Part shown: positions 13,639 to 27,492 of the stretch, one piece after another | How positions within the stretch are numbered: position 1 is the stretch's first letter | Layout: the number at the start of each line of letters is the position of its first letter | Assembly (NCBI RefSeq): GCF_000143415.4 | Contig: NW_003314261.1 | Coordinates: 5,172,360 to 5,236,359, forward strand | Direction of reading: 5' to 3' | Origin: Selaginella moellendorffii | Taxonomy: Eukaryota > Plantae > Lycopodiophyta | Length of the DNA: 64,000 nucleotides | The notes under the pieces: generated by a model | The model's database searches: none | What the model was told of the DNA's origin: nothing | What the model saw: the letters and a program-made list of their open reading frames with translations, nothing else | Position numbers and translations under genes: made by a program

Positions 13639-16479
13639 GCATGTTTTGTAGCGATCTAGTGCGGATTTTACTGGATAGTGGAGCGATGACAACTTTGTTT
13701 CAGCAAAGTTTGTTACGGAGCATGTGACCACCTTGACGAGGGGGAGGATTGTTAGGCACCAGGTGAAGATAATAGGATAAGGAAAGGGCCCTACAATCAA
13801 GTGATCACCTCTTTAGCCAGTTGGCTTAGGGTGTAAGGGACAGGATCCTAACAGCATGTTTTGTAGCGATCTAGTGCGGATTTTACTGGATAGTGGAGCG
13901 ATGACAACTTTGTTTCAGCAAAGTTTGTTACGGAGCATGGCCTGGTCACATGCAGCGTTCTTCCATACATAGTGGAAGGTGCAGCTACCTCTACTCAGCA
14001 TTTCGATGCTTGTGTCGAGGGGCTGGAAGTGTTGGTTGGCAAAACCACACTTGTGGAAACTTTTTATCTCGTGGATATCCATCGTGTGGATCTCATTCTT
14101 GGGATACCATAGTTGGTGAAGGTGGATCCAAAGATAAAGTGGAGTATTAGGCGTATTTCGCTGAGTACATTGGCGTTAAAGATGTGTGGTTTGGCGAGAG
14201 CATTCAACCACCAGTTGTTATGCTCTTTGCTACATCTTTGAAGCGGGCTTGTCGTAATGAAAAAGCGCTTTCGAGTTACTTGCTATTTATTCGTGACTTG
14301 GGGGACCAAGGCATGTGTGGGGGAGAAGCAGCAGTACGGGATGTACTGGATGAGTTTTTTGATGTTTTTCCATCTGAACTTCCTCATGGATTGCCTCCGT
14401 TACGAGGTGTGGAGCATGGGATTACATTGGAGCCGAGGACGCGACCAATTTACCGGTGTCCATTTCGGTTAAGTTATGCGGAGGAGCAAGAAGTTCAACG
14501 ACAAGTCAAGGAGTTACTTGAGTTTGGATTTATTCAGCCAAGTAAGTCTCCATTTAGTGCTCCGGTCTTGCTTGTGAAGAAGAAGGACGGTTCAATGCGA
14601 ATGTGTATTGACTACCGCGCTTTGAACAAGAAGACAATGAAGGATAAGATGCCGATGCCACGTGTGGATGATATCCTGGACAAGCTTGGTGAAGCACGAG
14701 TGTTTACCAAGATTGATCTGAGGAGTGGATATCATCAGATTGCAATGGATGATGCATCTATCTCCAAGACGGCATTCAACACAAGCTTTGGATATTTTGA
14801 GTTTACAATCATGTTGTTTGGTTTGACGAATGCACCGGCCACATTTACTCGGTTGATGACGGAGGTATTTGGGCGTTATCTTCATGAGTTTGTGGAGATT
14901 TTCTTGGACAATATTCTTGTTTTTAGCAAGAATATGGAGGAGCATAGGGTGCATTTGCGCAAGGTTCTTTTATTACTTCGAGACAACAAACTTTATGCGA
15001 AGAAGAGCAAATGTGAATTTGCAAAGTCAGAGGTGGAATATCTAGGCTATATTGTGACATTTAAGGGTGTCAAGATGAATCCAAGGAAGGTGTCTATGGT
15101 GGAAAATTGGCCTACACCGACTACAGTGGCCGAGTTGCGTAATTTTCTTGGTATGGCTAGTTACTATCAATGTTTCCAGCATAAGTTTGCAGAGGTGGCT
15201 ATTCCTTTGACATGGTTGTTACGCAAGAATGTGCCATTTGAATGGAAGAAGCCACAAGAGGAGAGTTTTGTGGCGCTGAAACGATTGTTGAGCGAGACTC
15301 CAGTGCTTCGCATTGCTAATCCATCAAAACCTTACGAGGTGACATGCGATGTGAGTGGTTATGCATTGGGCGGAGTTCTCATGCAAGAGGGACAGCCTAT
15401 TGCATATGAGAGTCGAACTTTGAATTCCGCAGAGCAACGCTATTCCACATATGAGCAAGAGTTACTCTCTATTGTTCATGCTTTGTGGACGTGGCAGCAC
15501 TATCTTTATGGTGTAGTGTTCATGGTGTTGACAGATCACAAACCACTTGTGTATCTTTTCACACAGAAGGAGTTGAACACTAGGCAAGCTCGTTGAATGG
15601 TCAAACACATGGAGTTTGGGGAGTTTCCTATTGAGCATCATTTGGGAAAATCAAATGTGGTGGCAAATGCTTTATCTCGTGTTCGTCATGTAACAACATT
15701 TCAAACACGATTTTGTCATCATTTGAGTAAGGTGGTTAGCGAATTTGGGCAGTTGGTTGAGCATGCTTAAGCTCAGGATGTTGAGGTGGCCTCTTTGCGA
15801 GACCAAATGGAAGCTCCTTTCTCATTGGTGGATGGGATTCTCTACTACAATGGCCGTGTATATTTGCCATGGGTGGATGCGTTAATTACTCAAGTTTTAT
15901 TCCACTATCATGATCGTCCAGAGGTCGGTCATTTTGGGGGGAAGAAGACGTATGAGTTGATTAAGCGCAACTTTTATTGGAGGAATATGAAGGCTGATAT
16001 CCTCAAGTATTGTAAATCATGTGAGCTTTGTCAATGGGTTAAGGTGCCACGGGAGAAGCCGGGGGGACTTTTGCAACCTTTACCTATTCCTCAAAGCTGT
16101 TGGTGTTGTATCTCTATAGACTTCATCACTTGTTTGCCACAAACACAGAGGCAAAAGGAGTAAGTAAGGGTCATAGTGGATCGGTTGACGAAGTATGTGC
16201 GGTTGTTGGCTCTTCGGAAGACTATCACTGCCTCAGACTTGGCTGCAGTTTACTTGGAGAAGGTTTTTCCTGATTTTGGTTTGCCGGAGGATATCATTAG
16301 TGATCGAGATTCAAAGTTCACCAGTGGATTTTGGAAAAGCTTTGTAGAGGCTATGCAAGTGACTTTGAAACTCTCGAGCGAAGATCATCCTCAGACGGAT
16401 GGGCAAACCGAGCGTGTGAATCAGGTGGTGGAGGATATGCTATGTTGTAGCATTGGTCAAAGGCAAGGACAGTGGGATT

Positions 16480-19400
16480 TGTCAGGAATCCCCGAATTCC
16501 CCAATTCTTGCTACATTCTTGACTCTCGCCGGATTCCTGACCTGTAGACCACATTCCTAATTCTCGAGACACTTCCCTATTCCTGACTCTCGAGACACTT
16601 CCCTATTCCTGACTCTCAAGACACTTCCCTATTCCTGACTCTCTGATTTCCTGGACAATTCCTGAGTCTCGAGCCACATTCCTGATATTGATGTGGTGCC
16701 TCCTCAACCTCAACTATATTTAGGCCGTCCTCGATCCAAGAGTGGTGAAGCTTCATCAACTTATAGTATATATAGGTTAGCCTTGTTCCATTTCTCCACA
16801 ATCTGAATCAACACCAGTCTAAGGCCTCTTCTTTGTTTCCATTAGTTTTTCTCTTTGTCTTTTGCATTTTCCAGTCTTGATCTTGTTGGGGGTCTTGACA
16901 GTTTTATTCAGATTGTGTTTTTTCATTCTTTTTTTCCTTTAGCTCGTTTTGATTGTTTGACTGCCTTTGCCTTTTTTCCCCCTTTTCTTTCTTTCTGCCG
17001 ATGGGGTCTCCAAGCCATCCTGATTTCTTTGCCGAAGTCCTTGCAAAAATCCAGTCTGAGAATACCAAGCTAAAGGCGACCCTTCTTCGCATGCAGCAGG
17101 AGCTTGCTTCACTTTTGGCTCAAGGATCCAGCAAAGTTCCTGAACCGAATGTGAGTTTCCCGGCAAAATTTTCAGGCAAGCATTCGGAGCTTTGCAGATT
17201 TTTGAACCAAATGGAGCTGATCTTTGCACTTCAACATCGGCAGTATCCCACTCCCGAGTCTCAAATTGGTGCAATTGGGACGTTGCTTGAAGGTGCAGCT
17301 TTGTCATGGTTTTCTCCTCTTTTAGAGAAGAGCATGAAAGGGGTCGTGGTTCCGGAGCTGATGGATCTTCAATTGTTCAAAGAAAAGCTTGAAGCATGTT
17401 TTGGCGAGACGGATCAGGTTCGGGCTGCTACCACAAAGATGAGACGTCTCTCTTAGGGGTCTCGTCCTACCTCGATCTACGCTACAGAGTTCCAACTCCT
17501 TGCCTTGGACACTTAGTGGGATGAGCGGGCCCTGATTGACCAATTTTGTTTCGGCCTCAACAATGGTGTCAAGGATTTGTTGCTCACCATGGAGGATCCC
17601 AAGGACCTGTCGGACGCGATCAACAAAGCTGTTTGATGTGACAATCGTCTCTTTGAACGTCGTCAGGAAAGTCGCCGCGCCGCTGTTTTTCCGTCCCAGA
17701 CTCAGGAATCTCAACTTGAGTATTCGGGGCATACTCCTGAACCTACTGCTCCGGTCCCAATGGATATTTCTGGTACTCCCCGACTCATTAGAGGGAAGTT
17801 GAGTCCTGCTGAGAAGCAACGTCGAATATCTAATCCTAATCACAAAGCAGTTGTGTGTCCCAAGAAGCCTCCCCGACTACTTGAGTTCACTCTGCCTCAA
17901 AGTCCACCTCTGTTGCAGTCAGGAAACGACCCTGTCCAAACAGAGTAGGAGCTATTTGTTTGGACTCCCCGAATAAAAATCACTTCTCTTCTTTATCAAG
18001 CTCCTCACCACCTTTCATCAAAGCCACCACCAATTCCTGCAACTTCCGTGTCCCATGTCTCCTTTCTTTCACTGGACAATCAGGACTCAAGGCTTTGGCG
18101 CTACTGGACTCGGGTGCAACTTCCTGCTTCATGGACATGGACTTTGCTGCCTGACATCACATTCCTCTTTCTCCTACCATACGGGATCTGACCATTGAAG
18201 GCATCGGCGGGCATTTTGTGTCTCCATCTTCTGGACTTAGGGAAACGTTGCCCGTTCGAGTACACATCGGGTCCACCGTCACCGATATCGCTTTCAACAT
18301 CATCAACAGCAAGTCCTCCTCTGTGGTGCTCGGTCTTCCTTGGTTCCAACTACATCAGCCTCAGATTTGTTGGAAGGAATTACAGCTCATCTCTCCCACA
18401 TCACCATCTCCCACGGCTTCCCTTGCTGTTCATCGAGTCCGAATCAGGAAAAGTTCCCTAAACTTAAATCGGGGTTCTATTCTTGACTCTACGAAGTTTT
18501 CACCCTCTTCTTTTCCCTCTCTTCCATCTTACACTGGACAGTATCCTCGTCTCATCATTCCATTTAGTCGTACACCTCCTCCTATCTCCCCAATCACTAT
18601 AAAAGAACTCCTTCATGAAGAATCTATTTTCCTTTTTGCTTTGCATGTTTTTCCTATCAGTCTTCCTGAGAAGTATCATGATTTTGGGGATGTGTTTGAC
18701 AAGAAAAAAGCTAGTGTACTGCCTATTCATCGGCCTTATGACTGTCCCATTGATTTACAGGAAGGAGCGTCACCTCCGTGGGGGCCTATCTACGGGTTAT
18801 CCCTGTCCGAGCTTAAGGCCCTCAAAGAGTATGTGGATGAGAGCCTTGCCTCGGGGTACATTCAGCATTCGCAGTCCCTAGCTGAAGCGCCTGTCTTTGT
18901 CAAGAAGAAGGATGGGAGTTTGCGGCTAGTCATCGATTACCGAGGTTTGAACAAGGTGACTGTTCGGAACCGTTATCCACTGCCCCTGATCTCGGACCTG
19001 TTGGAACGCCTCAGCGGTGCCCGCTTCTTCACCAAGATTGACCTCCGTAGCGCATACAACTTGATCCGGATCTGGCCTGGTGATGAATGGAAGACTGCGT
19101 TCTGAACCCGCTATGGCCACTTCGAGTACACTGTCATGCCATTTGGCTTGACAAATGCTCCAGCAGTTTTCTAACACATGGCGAACGACGTCTTTCGGGA
19201 GTTTCTTGATCAGATGGTGATTGTCTACCTCGATGACATCCTCATCTACTCAAGAACTCAAGAGGAGCACGACGAATATGTACGCAAGGTGCTAGCGAAG
19301 CTGCGCGAACACGGCTTATACGCGAAGCTTGAGAAATGTTCCTTCGATCAGCAGTCTGTGGAGTTCCTTGGATACATTGTCACTCCTGAGGGTATCACGA

Positions 19401-22148
19401 TGGATCCTGCCAAAGTCAAGACTATTCTCGAGTGGGAGCCTCCACAATCAATGTCGGACGTTCAAGTTTTCCTTGGCTTCGCCAACTTCTACCGCAAATT
19501 CATTGATCACTACTCTGACATTGTCCTTCCTCTCATGCATCTCACTCGCAAGGATGTTCCCTTCTCTTGGTCTACTGCTGCCCAGCACGCCTTCGACACA
19601 CTCAAGGCAGCCTTCAGTTCTGCTCCCGTTTTGATCCATGCTGATTCCTCACAACCTTTCTTCATCGAGGCTGACGCCTCCGACTTTGCCATCGGTGCTG
19701 TGCTGTCTCAACTCGGAGCGGATCAAGAACTTCATCCGGTCGCTTTCCATTCTCGGAAATTCCAGCCTGCGGAGATCAATTACGAAATCCACGACAAGGA
19801 GCTCCTTGCTATCGTGGATTCCTTTGGAGAGTGGCGCCATTTCTTGGAGGGGGCGGGCCATCAAACAACAGTCTGGATGGATCACAAAAATCTCGAGTAC
19901 TTTGCCACTTCCCGAGTTTTAAGCCGTCGTCAAGCAAGGTGGGCACAATTCCTGAGTTGGTTTGACTTTGTTATCAAGTACAGACCTGGAAAGCTTCAAG
20001 GCCTTCCTGATGCTCTTTCAAGGCACTCCTATCTCAGTCTCAGGCCTGGTAATTCTGCCTTCGATCAACAGGATCAAGTTATCCTCGATCTTGATCGGCT
20101 TCAAGTTATGGCAATTTCCTTGGCCCCGCAGGACTCCTCCTTGATGGATGCAATCAGAAACAATCTTCAATCCGATGATCTCGCCAGCGACATTTTCCCC
20201 CATCTTCAGGCTGGACACCCTGTGACTCCCGATTGCCGGCGATTTGACGAGTTCGAGTTCTTAGATGGCTTATTATACCGTGGGGAGTAGCTTTACGTTC
20301 CTGAAGGTGATGCTGGAAAGTTGGTCCTGATGGCGTGCCACGATAGCCCGACTGCTAGTCACTTCAGCATTGCGAAAACCTATGAGCTAGTTGCACGGGA
20401 CTTTTGGTGGCCTCACATGGACGACTACATCAAAGCTTTTGTTACCTCCTGTGACACTTGTGCCCGGAATAAGGTACCTCGCCACCTTCCTTCATGTTTG
20501 CTTTGTTCCCTTCCGGTCCCTTCAGGTCCTTGGGAATCCATCTCCATGGATTTCTTGAGTGATCTTCCGAGTTCTGGAGGCTTCAACAGCATTTTAGTCA
20601 TGGTGGATCGCTTCACAAAGATGGCACACTTCTTGCCATGTACCAAGGAGTTTTCGGGCGAGGACATGGCAAAACTGGTATTCAGGGAAATTTTCCGACT
20701 TCATGGGATTCCTATGGATGTGGTTTCGGATCGGGGCCTCAGTTCATCTCTCATTTCTGGAAACAGTTTTTGCAGCTGCTTGGAGTGAAGGCCAACCTCT
20801 CTTCAGCGTATCATCCTCAAATTGATGGGCAGTCTGAGCGAACAATTCAGATGTTAGAACAATTCTTGAGGTGCTTCATCAACTATCATCAGGATAACTG
20901 GTTCGATATCCTTCCCCTTGCTGAGTTCTCCTATAACAACTCTGTTCACTCCTCTCTTCGAATTTCCCCCTTCTTTGCAAACTCTGGCCGAAATCCCCGA
21001 TTCAATCTCTCACTTCCTTCTCCATCCGAATCCTCTCATTCAAATCCCCGCTCTGAGGCATTTGTCTCCAACCTCCAAGAAATCCACAACTCCATCTCCT
21101 TCCACCTCCATCGAGCTCAGGAATCTCACAAAACATTTGCCGATGTCCATCGTCAGGATTGTTCCCCTTACAATATCGGGGATAAAGTCTGGCTCCTCGG
21201 GCGAAATATCTCCACCACCAGGCCCTGTCCAAAACTTGATTTCAAACGCCTCGGTCCTTTCCCTATCACTGCCATCATTAATCCTGTCACTTATCGCTTT
21301 GCACTTCCCTCCTCATATCAAATTCACCCCGTTTTTCATTCCTCTCTCCTTGAGCCTTATATTCCCAGTCCTATTCCCAATCGGGTCATTTCTCCACCTC
21401 CACTGGTGCAGCTCGAGGATGGGTCTGAGTACGAGGTTCAGGACATCCTTGATTCCAAGATTTCACGGTCTAAACTCTACTATCTGGTCGACTGGAAGGG
21501 TTACGGGCCTGAAGAACGCACTTGGGAACCTACGGACAACCTAACTCATTCTCCTGACCTTGTTCAGGACTTCCACCGCCGCTATCCTTCTCGTCCTAGT
21601 CCTCATTCTTTTTCTCCATCTCCCATCCCTCGCCGCTCATCTCATCCTCCTCGTCGTTCTCATTCACATCCTCGTTCCACTCGTTCTTGAGGAGGGGGTG
21701 CTATCAGGAATCCCCGAATTCCCCAATTCTTGCTACATTCTTGACTCTCGCCGGATTCCTGACCTACAGACCACATTCCTGATTCTCAAGATACTTCCCT
21801 ATTTCTGACTCTCGAGACACTTCCCTATTCCTGACTCTCAAGACACTTCCCTATTCCTGACTCTCAAGACACTTCCCTATTCCTGACTCTCTGATTTACT
21901 GGACAATTCCTGAGTCTCGAGCCACATTCTTGATATTGATGTGGCGCCTCCTCAACCTCAACTATATTTAGGCCGTCCTCGATCCAAGAGTGGTGGAGCT
22001 TCATCAACCTATAGTATATATAGGTTAGCCTTGTTCCATTTCTCCACAATCTGAATCAACACCAGTCTAAGGCCTCTTCTTTGTTTCCATTAGTTTTTCT
22101 CTTTGTCTTTTGCATTTTCCAGTCTTAATCTTGTTGGGGGTCTTGAAA
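16480..22148 (+). mobile_element. Full-length chromovirus (Tcn1/Tf1-sushi-like Ty3/gypsy) nested in the integrase of element B
   Basis: LTRs 16480-16900 and 21702-22148 with internal 26-bp repeats, GGATT TSD, PPT at 21687-21701. gag from about 17000; PR LLDSGAT; RT YLDD; RNase H DASD; IN; chromodomain EYEVQDILDSK..YYLVDWKGYGPEERTWEP. Several stops and frameshifts. Confidence 0.95.
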
Positions 22149-23564
22149 GGATTTATATCTTCCATTGGTGCAATTTACTTACAACAATAGCCAACACAGT
22201 GGAACCAAGCTAAGTCCTTACTTTGCCATGTTTGGAAGGCATCCTCGAACAGCGGTGGAGTTGAGATTGCATTTGAGTAAGGACGTTCAAGATAAGCTTG
22301 ATTCCGAGGCAACTGATCTGGCCACAGAACTTGATGAGATTCTGGTGGTGTGCAAATGGAATTTGCAAGCAGCTCAAAATAGAGCGGAGAAGTTTGCTAA
22401 TGAGCATCGCCAATTCTGGGAATATAAGGTGGGTGATCTCGTCTTTGTGCGCGTGATCTTTCCGTCAAGTGAGCGGCGGAACACCTTAGTGCCTTTACGG
22501 ACAGGGAAGAGTGATAAACTTTCCTATCGATATGCTGGTCCATATGAAGTGCTGGAGTGCATTGGTAAAGCGGCTTATAGGGTGCAGCTGCAAGCTGGGG
22601 TAAAAATTCATCTAGTATTTTATGTCAGCCAGTTGAAAGGTGTACTATCTCGGAGTGACGGGCCCAATGCCTCCTTGATATATATGGCTGTAGAAGATGG
22701 ATCAGGAGCTTGAGCAGGGTTCCCCAGAAAGGGTGATCACCGGTACAACTCGTCCTTGGGACAAGGACTTTGTTGGGGGGGAAGAATTGTTAGGCGCCAG
22801 CTTTGACTATGTGGTCAATGTCGGTCAAAGGGAGGCTTAAGGGTATATTAAGGCATGTTAGGGTAAGGGACTTAACCTACCCTAGGGCTCATAGTGGAGC
22901 AATGGCGTAGTGGAGCTTTTGAGGTAGTTCGGGGGTGGTTGGGTGGTGAGGATGGCGTAGCATAGTTTAGGGTGACTAGATCTTTGTCTTTTTGTGCCAA
23001 TTCAATTCTTGTGGCTGATAAGTAGGGCAGGAATATTTTGAAGGATATTAACATGGTGAACCTAGTAGACCCTAAAAGAAGGACCATGGTGACCAGATAG
23101 TGGCCTAAGTATGATTGCAGACGATCATTCCCTGATGAGAGGAAGGATTGTTAGGCACTAGGTCAGGATAATAGGATAAAGAAAGGGCCCTGCAATCAAG
23201 TAATCACCCCTTTAGCCAGTTGTCTTAGGGTGTAAGGGATAGGATCCTAACATTGAAAGTCTTAGCATCTGAAGGCTATGGGTTATGAAGGTAAGAATGA
23301 AACTGAATCAAAATAACTACTATGTAAGTTTAAGATCTGATTTGGGCATGTTTCAAAACCTTAAGCAGAGCCATTTTTTAAAACATCTCAAAGTATAGTT
23401 TCCTATCAGAGAAAGTGTTGACATCTCCATTTCTTTTTGTTTTTACAGGAGTATGTTTTTTTTTTTTCTTGGTTGTTAATTATGATTTATGAAAAGTGTC
23501 TAGATTTGCTTATTTGGCATATCTACAGAATGTAAAGATTGCCTTGAACACAATGGTATTTTTC

Positions 23565-23805
23565 ACATCATCATGACATCACTAATCCATTTTATTTCTT
23601 TTAGATGAGGATCAAATTTACACTTAAATTTAAGATAAAAGATGACACTTCGCAAAGGAACTTTGAAGACAAGGTCCTTTGGCTTGGCTTGTGGCTCTAC
23701 TTTTGCTACAACATCACATTCTCTACTTGCCACCACAACACACATTGGGACGGGAGCCAAGAGAATCAGTTGAAAAGGACCTCGTCCTCAAAGTTCCTTT
23801 GCCAA
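23565..23805. pseudogene. Rearranged fragments of the hydrophobic secreted-protein family
   Basis: KDLVFKVPL on the minus strand (about 23640-23680) and AAGGACCTCGTCCTCAAAGTTCCTTTGC on the plus strand (about 23775-23802) match exon 2 of the genes at 25636 and 30372. Confidence 0.6.
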
Positions 23806-24691
23806 CTGTCAATCGCATGATAAGTGGCAGCAATGCTGCCACCCACAACCAATGCTATGGTTGAAGCCTTAGCGGAAAGACCTGCAGCTCCTGTAGATTG
23901 GAGAATGCGGCACAGAATTCCTACAGGAACAGCACCTCCCTAAAGACTCATCAGACTCACCGCTGCCGACCCAGTGCTGATCCTGCAGCCCCAAAACCCG
24001 CAGCTGCAAAAACTACGGCCGGTGTTGCTCCTTTCCACCCACTATTCACAATGCTTGCAGGACAGCTAGGCTATTTAAATAGAGGCAAAATGCCATGGTT
24101 GACTTCAATGTTCAAGTACCTTACAAAGCATCACCAAAGGCACAACAAGGCGTTAGACGAGACAAGCACCAGATAGATTGACAAGTAGCCTTTTCGTTCC
24201 GCTGGCAATAGCATTGTGCTATACCCAGGCACGGCAACTCATCATGGATCTGGGCGGGCTGGCAGCAGGAGAACGTGGACACCAGTTGTAGCACACCTGA
24301 TTACGATGAGTACACTGCAAAGTCGTTAGGAATATCGAGCTCCTGGACTTTGTCACAAAAGCAGACCACCGGCTAATTACGCTACAGATCATGACCCAGG
24401 CACGAAGGCGAACAGTGTCATCACTCACTCATTTTCAAGCTCAAAAGCGATGCAGACCGCCTACAATGCAAAACACTTAAAGCCATTGGAAGGAATGAAA
24501 GCAGGCGCACGCCACGGGAAGGACTGGACAGGCCAGAGGCGTTGTGCAAAACGCTGCGGCACCAGAGGATTCATCTCTATGCGGATTTCATGTCACAGAT
24601 TTATTTGCTTTGATAGTGTTTGTGGTCCATGGCCATCATCTCTCATTCTCTATTAAAATATTTCGAGATAGAATTAAAAACCCTCACGGCT

Positions 24692-25500
24692 ATGGTGTCA
24701 CTAGGAAATATTTCCACCCCAGCCACGATCTTTCCCACTCGCTACGCTGCTGCTGCCGGATCGAGCAAACACCAATGCCGAGCTTCCATCGCCACGAGGG
24801 ATGAACTGCTAGGGCTCATCTCCGACGATGAGAGAGGGCTGAGAAGCCAGAAGGACAAGAGGAGAAAAGAGAGGATTCTTCGCGCATTCGAGGCGCTCGC
24901 TGCCGAGTCGGCGAGCTCGGATGGAATCACCACCGATTCGCGCCTCTCAGGGACGTGGAGGATGCTGTGGACGACCGAGAAGGAGCAGCTCTTCATCGTG
25001 GACAAGGCGCCTCTATTTGGCACTCGCGCTGGCGACATTCTCCAGGTGAAAGAACAAAGACCACAGGAATGAAATCTAGGCTCTTGTTCTATGCAGGTGA
25101 TCGATGTGGGCGAGAATCGATTAAACAATGTCATCACATTTCCACCCTCTGGAGCGTTCGTGGTGGCCTCCACGATGGAGGTTGTCTCGGACAAGAGAGT
25201 GGAATTCCAGTTGAGATATACTCCAGTGGTGATTCCTTTGATATGTTCTTCTGGCCATAGGTTTACTGGTGCGCTTCTTCGAAGTGATACCTGGAGTTTA
25301 CCAGTTCCTCCCTTCGGTAAAGGCTGGTAAGTTTTTACAGATTTTACCAGTACAAATAATTGGAGCGATCTATTAGGTTCGAATCCGTATATCTGGACGA
25401 GCATATTCGGCTGGCCAAGGATATTCGAGGAGACTTTCTCGTGGTTGAGAGGGCGCCATATGATTGGATAGACGAAGCGGACTTTTGGAGCTTGACATAA
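24692..25500 (+). CDS. FBN9: Plastid-lipid-associated protein / fibrillin, FBN9-like; exons 24692-25045, 25097-25209, 25261-25326, 25377-25500
   Basis: Spliced product contains LSGTWRMLWTTEKEQLFI..FGTRAGDILQVIDV..LNNVITFPP..PPFGKGWFESVYLD..AKDIRGDFLVVERAPY, with a transit-peptide-like N-terminus. GT-AG introns keep the frame. Confidence 0.9.
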
Positions 25501-25635
25501 AATCACAGATATACTCGTCGCAAAAGTCCTGCTTATGGGTGGCCTAAAAGTTTGGTGTGATTTGTCGAGTATTTAAAGGCATGAATGTCCCTCAGATTGA
25601 TAACTCACACTATCTAAGTAGATTAAATCGAAGAA

Positions 25636-26238
25636 ATGGCAAAATCAAACATTGTGTTTATTCTCCCACTTGCATGCCTCCTCCTTGCTAGTGTTCTTCA
25701 TGTTTCAGCTGATGTTAGTGGAGACCTCTCTGGTATGCCATAACTTGGTCTAAAGTTTTGTTTGTTAACTCTTAAATCGTTCTGACAAGGCACTATAAGG
25801 TCTCTAAAGGAGGTACTTCCCACAGATGAACCTTCATCAGCACCAGACTTTGGTGTCCCACTGGATGTAGTTGACAAAGTACTTGAATTAGTCACTCAAC
25901 TTATAGCCAGTCTAAAGGACCTCGTCCTCAAAGTTCCTTTGCTATGTGTCATCCTTTATCCGGTGATTATCATCCTTGAGATCATTGTGATTTACATCCC
26001 TGGTGGGTTTCCTTGCCCAATTATCATTGAAGTCATTTGCAAGTATCTGGGCAATGCCATTCCTGTGTGGACTCCAATCAAGTTCATCAAAGTTGATCTA
26101 ACTGTTATTGTGAGCCTCACCACAACTATCAAGCTTCTGCAGAGTGTGATTATCCTTGTTACTCCAAACAGTTGCATTTTCCTTGTGCTGAGTGCACTGG
26201 TTAATATCCTTCAGTCGGTGCTGGGATTACTCTATTAA
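25636..26238 (+). CDS. Small secreted Ile/Val/Leu-rich protein, copy 1 (181 aa; exons 25636-25732, 25790-26238)
   Basis: Signal peptide MAKSNIVFILPLACLLLASVLHVSA, 57-bp GT-AG intron, intact frame, TATTTAAA upstream, conserved in paralogues. Confidence 0.85.
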
Positions 26239-26763
26239 GCTCTATGTTTAAAATAAAATAAATCTTGAATTAAATGTGTTTTTTAAACTGGAAATTCATT
26301 TCTTTTTCAACTGGTGAGAAGTTTAGCTTTACAAACCACCATTTAGACCTATATTGACAATGCCAAATTTTTCTTGACATCTACACATGCTTATGCTAGC
26401 TATAGATAGATTCAGTTCTGCCAGCCTTCAGCTAGCCCCTCGCAGCTGCTACAGCAACTTAGTCCCCTTGTAAAGACGGACATGCCCTTTGTAGTGTGAT
26501 GTCAACAATTCTGAAGTTCACTTTCTTGTCACGTACAAATAACTGGAACGATTGGTTTGAATCCAATAACTGGACGAGTATATTCGGCTGTTCTCCTATT
26601 TTGAAAAGCGATTCAATGAGATATAATGAAATATTCAAGATATACTCATTGCAAAAGTCCTGATTTACGTTACAGGTGGCTTAAAAGTTTGGTGTGATTT
26701 GTCGAGTATTTAAAGGGATGACTCACACTATCCAAGAAATGTTAGAAAATTAAATTGAAGAAA

Positions 26764-27319
26764 ATGGCAAAATCAAGCATAGCATTCGTTCTCCCACTTG
26801 CTTGCCTCCTCCTTGCGAGTGTTGTTCATGTTTCAGTGTTAGACAGTGATGTTAGTGGAGACCTCTCTGGTATAGTATATATAACTTGGTCTAAAGTTTT
26901 GTTTGACTCTTTGTCCATGTAAATTTGTTTGCAAGGCGCTATGAGATCTCTAAAGGAGGTACTTCCTACAAATGGAACTTCATCAAACATTGGTGTCCCA
27001 CTGGATGTAATTGACAAAGTACTTGAAATAGTCACTCAAGTTATAGCCACTCTAAAGGACCTTGTCCTCAAAGTTCCTTTCCTATGTGTCATCCTTTATC
27101 TGGTGATTATCATCCTTGAGATCATTGGGTGCCATTTGCAAGTATCTGAGCAATGCCATTCTTGTGTGGACTCCAATCAAGTTCATCAAAGTTGATCTAA
27201 CTGTTATTGTGAGCCTCACCACAACTATCAAGCTTCTACAGAGTGTGATTATTCTTGTTGCTCCAAGCAGTTGCATTTTTCTTGTGCTGGGTGATATCCT
27301 AATAACATTACTCTATTAA
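26764..27319 (+). pseudogene. Small secreted hydrophobic protein, copy 2, frameshifted
   Basis: Same exon structure (intron 26870-26935). An internal deletion near 27128 removes IYIPGGFPCP and shifts the frame. A copy of the fibrillin last-exon sequence lies upstream at about 26553-26590. Confidence 0.85.
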
Positions 27320-27492
27320 GCTTTGATAAAATGCACAATTTTTAAAAATTATTGTTTTAAGCTTTGCCTTTTTCCAACTAATGCCACTAAGCTGGATCCT
27401 CAATTTCATAAATGAATACTTTAATTAAACTTTGAATAAGTACATAAAGTTTTACTTTTCATTTAATCTTAGACAGTCTTGGACTTGATCCT

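Larger units (their letters stand above)
12015..23252 (+). mobile_element. Ty3/gypsy element B (gag with CCHC knuckle, PR, RT, RNase H, IN) bounded by TRIM-type 104-bp LTRs; contains nested insertions
   Basis: Half LTR and degenerate PBS at 12015-12060; gag CHHCGELGHYKADC; RT ORF 14184-15596 (KIDLRSGYHQI, FLDN); IN 15786-16479 resuming at 22154; PPT plus LTR start at 22788; TRIM interior and LTR 23149-23252. Confidence 0.85.

Noticed and set aside
24225-24430. Two minus-strand RTGATGA (C-box) motifs, each followed by CGTGCCTGGGT, as a C/D snoRNA pair
   Set aside because: I could not find properly placed CTGA D boxes, terminal stems or an rRNA-complementary guide; an Rfam/Infernal search would settle it.
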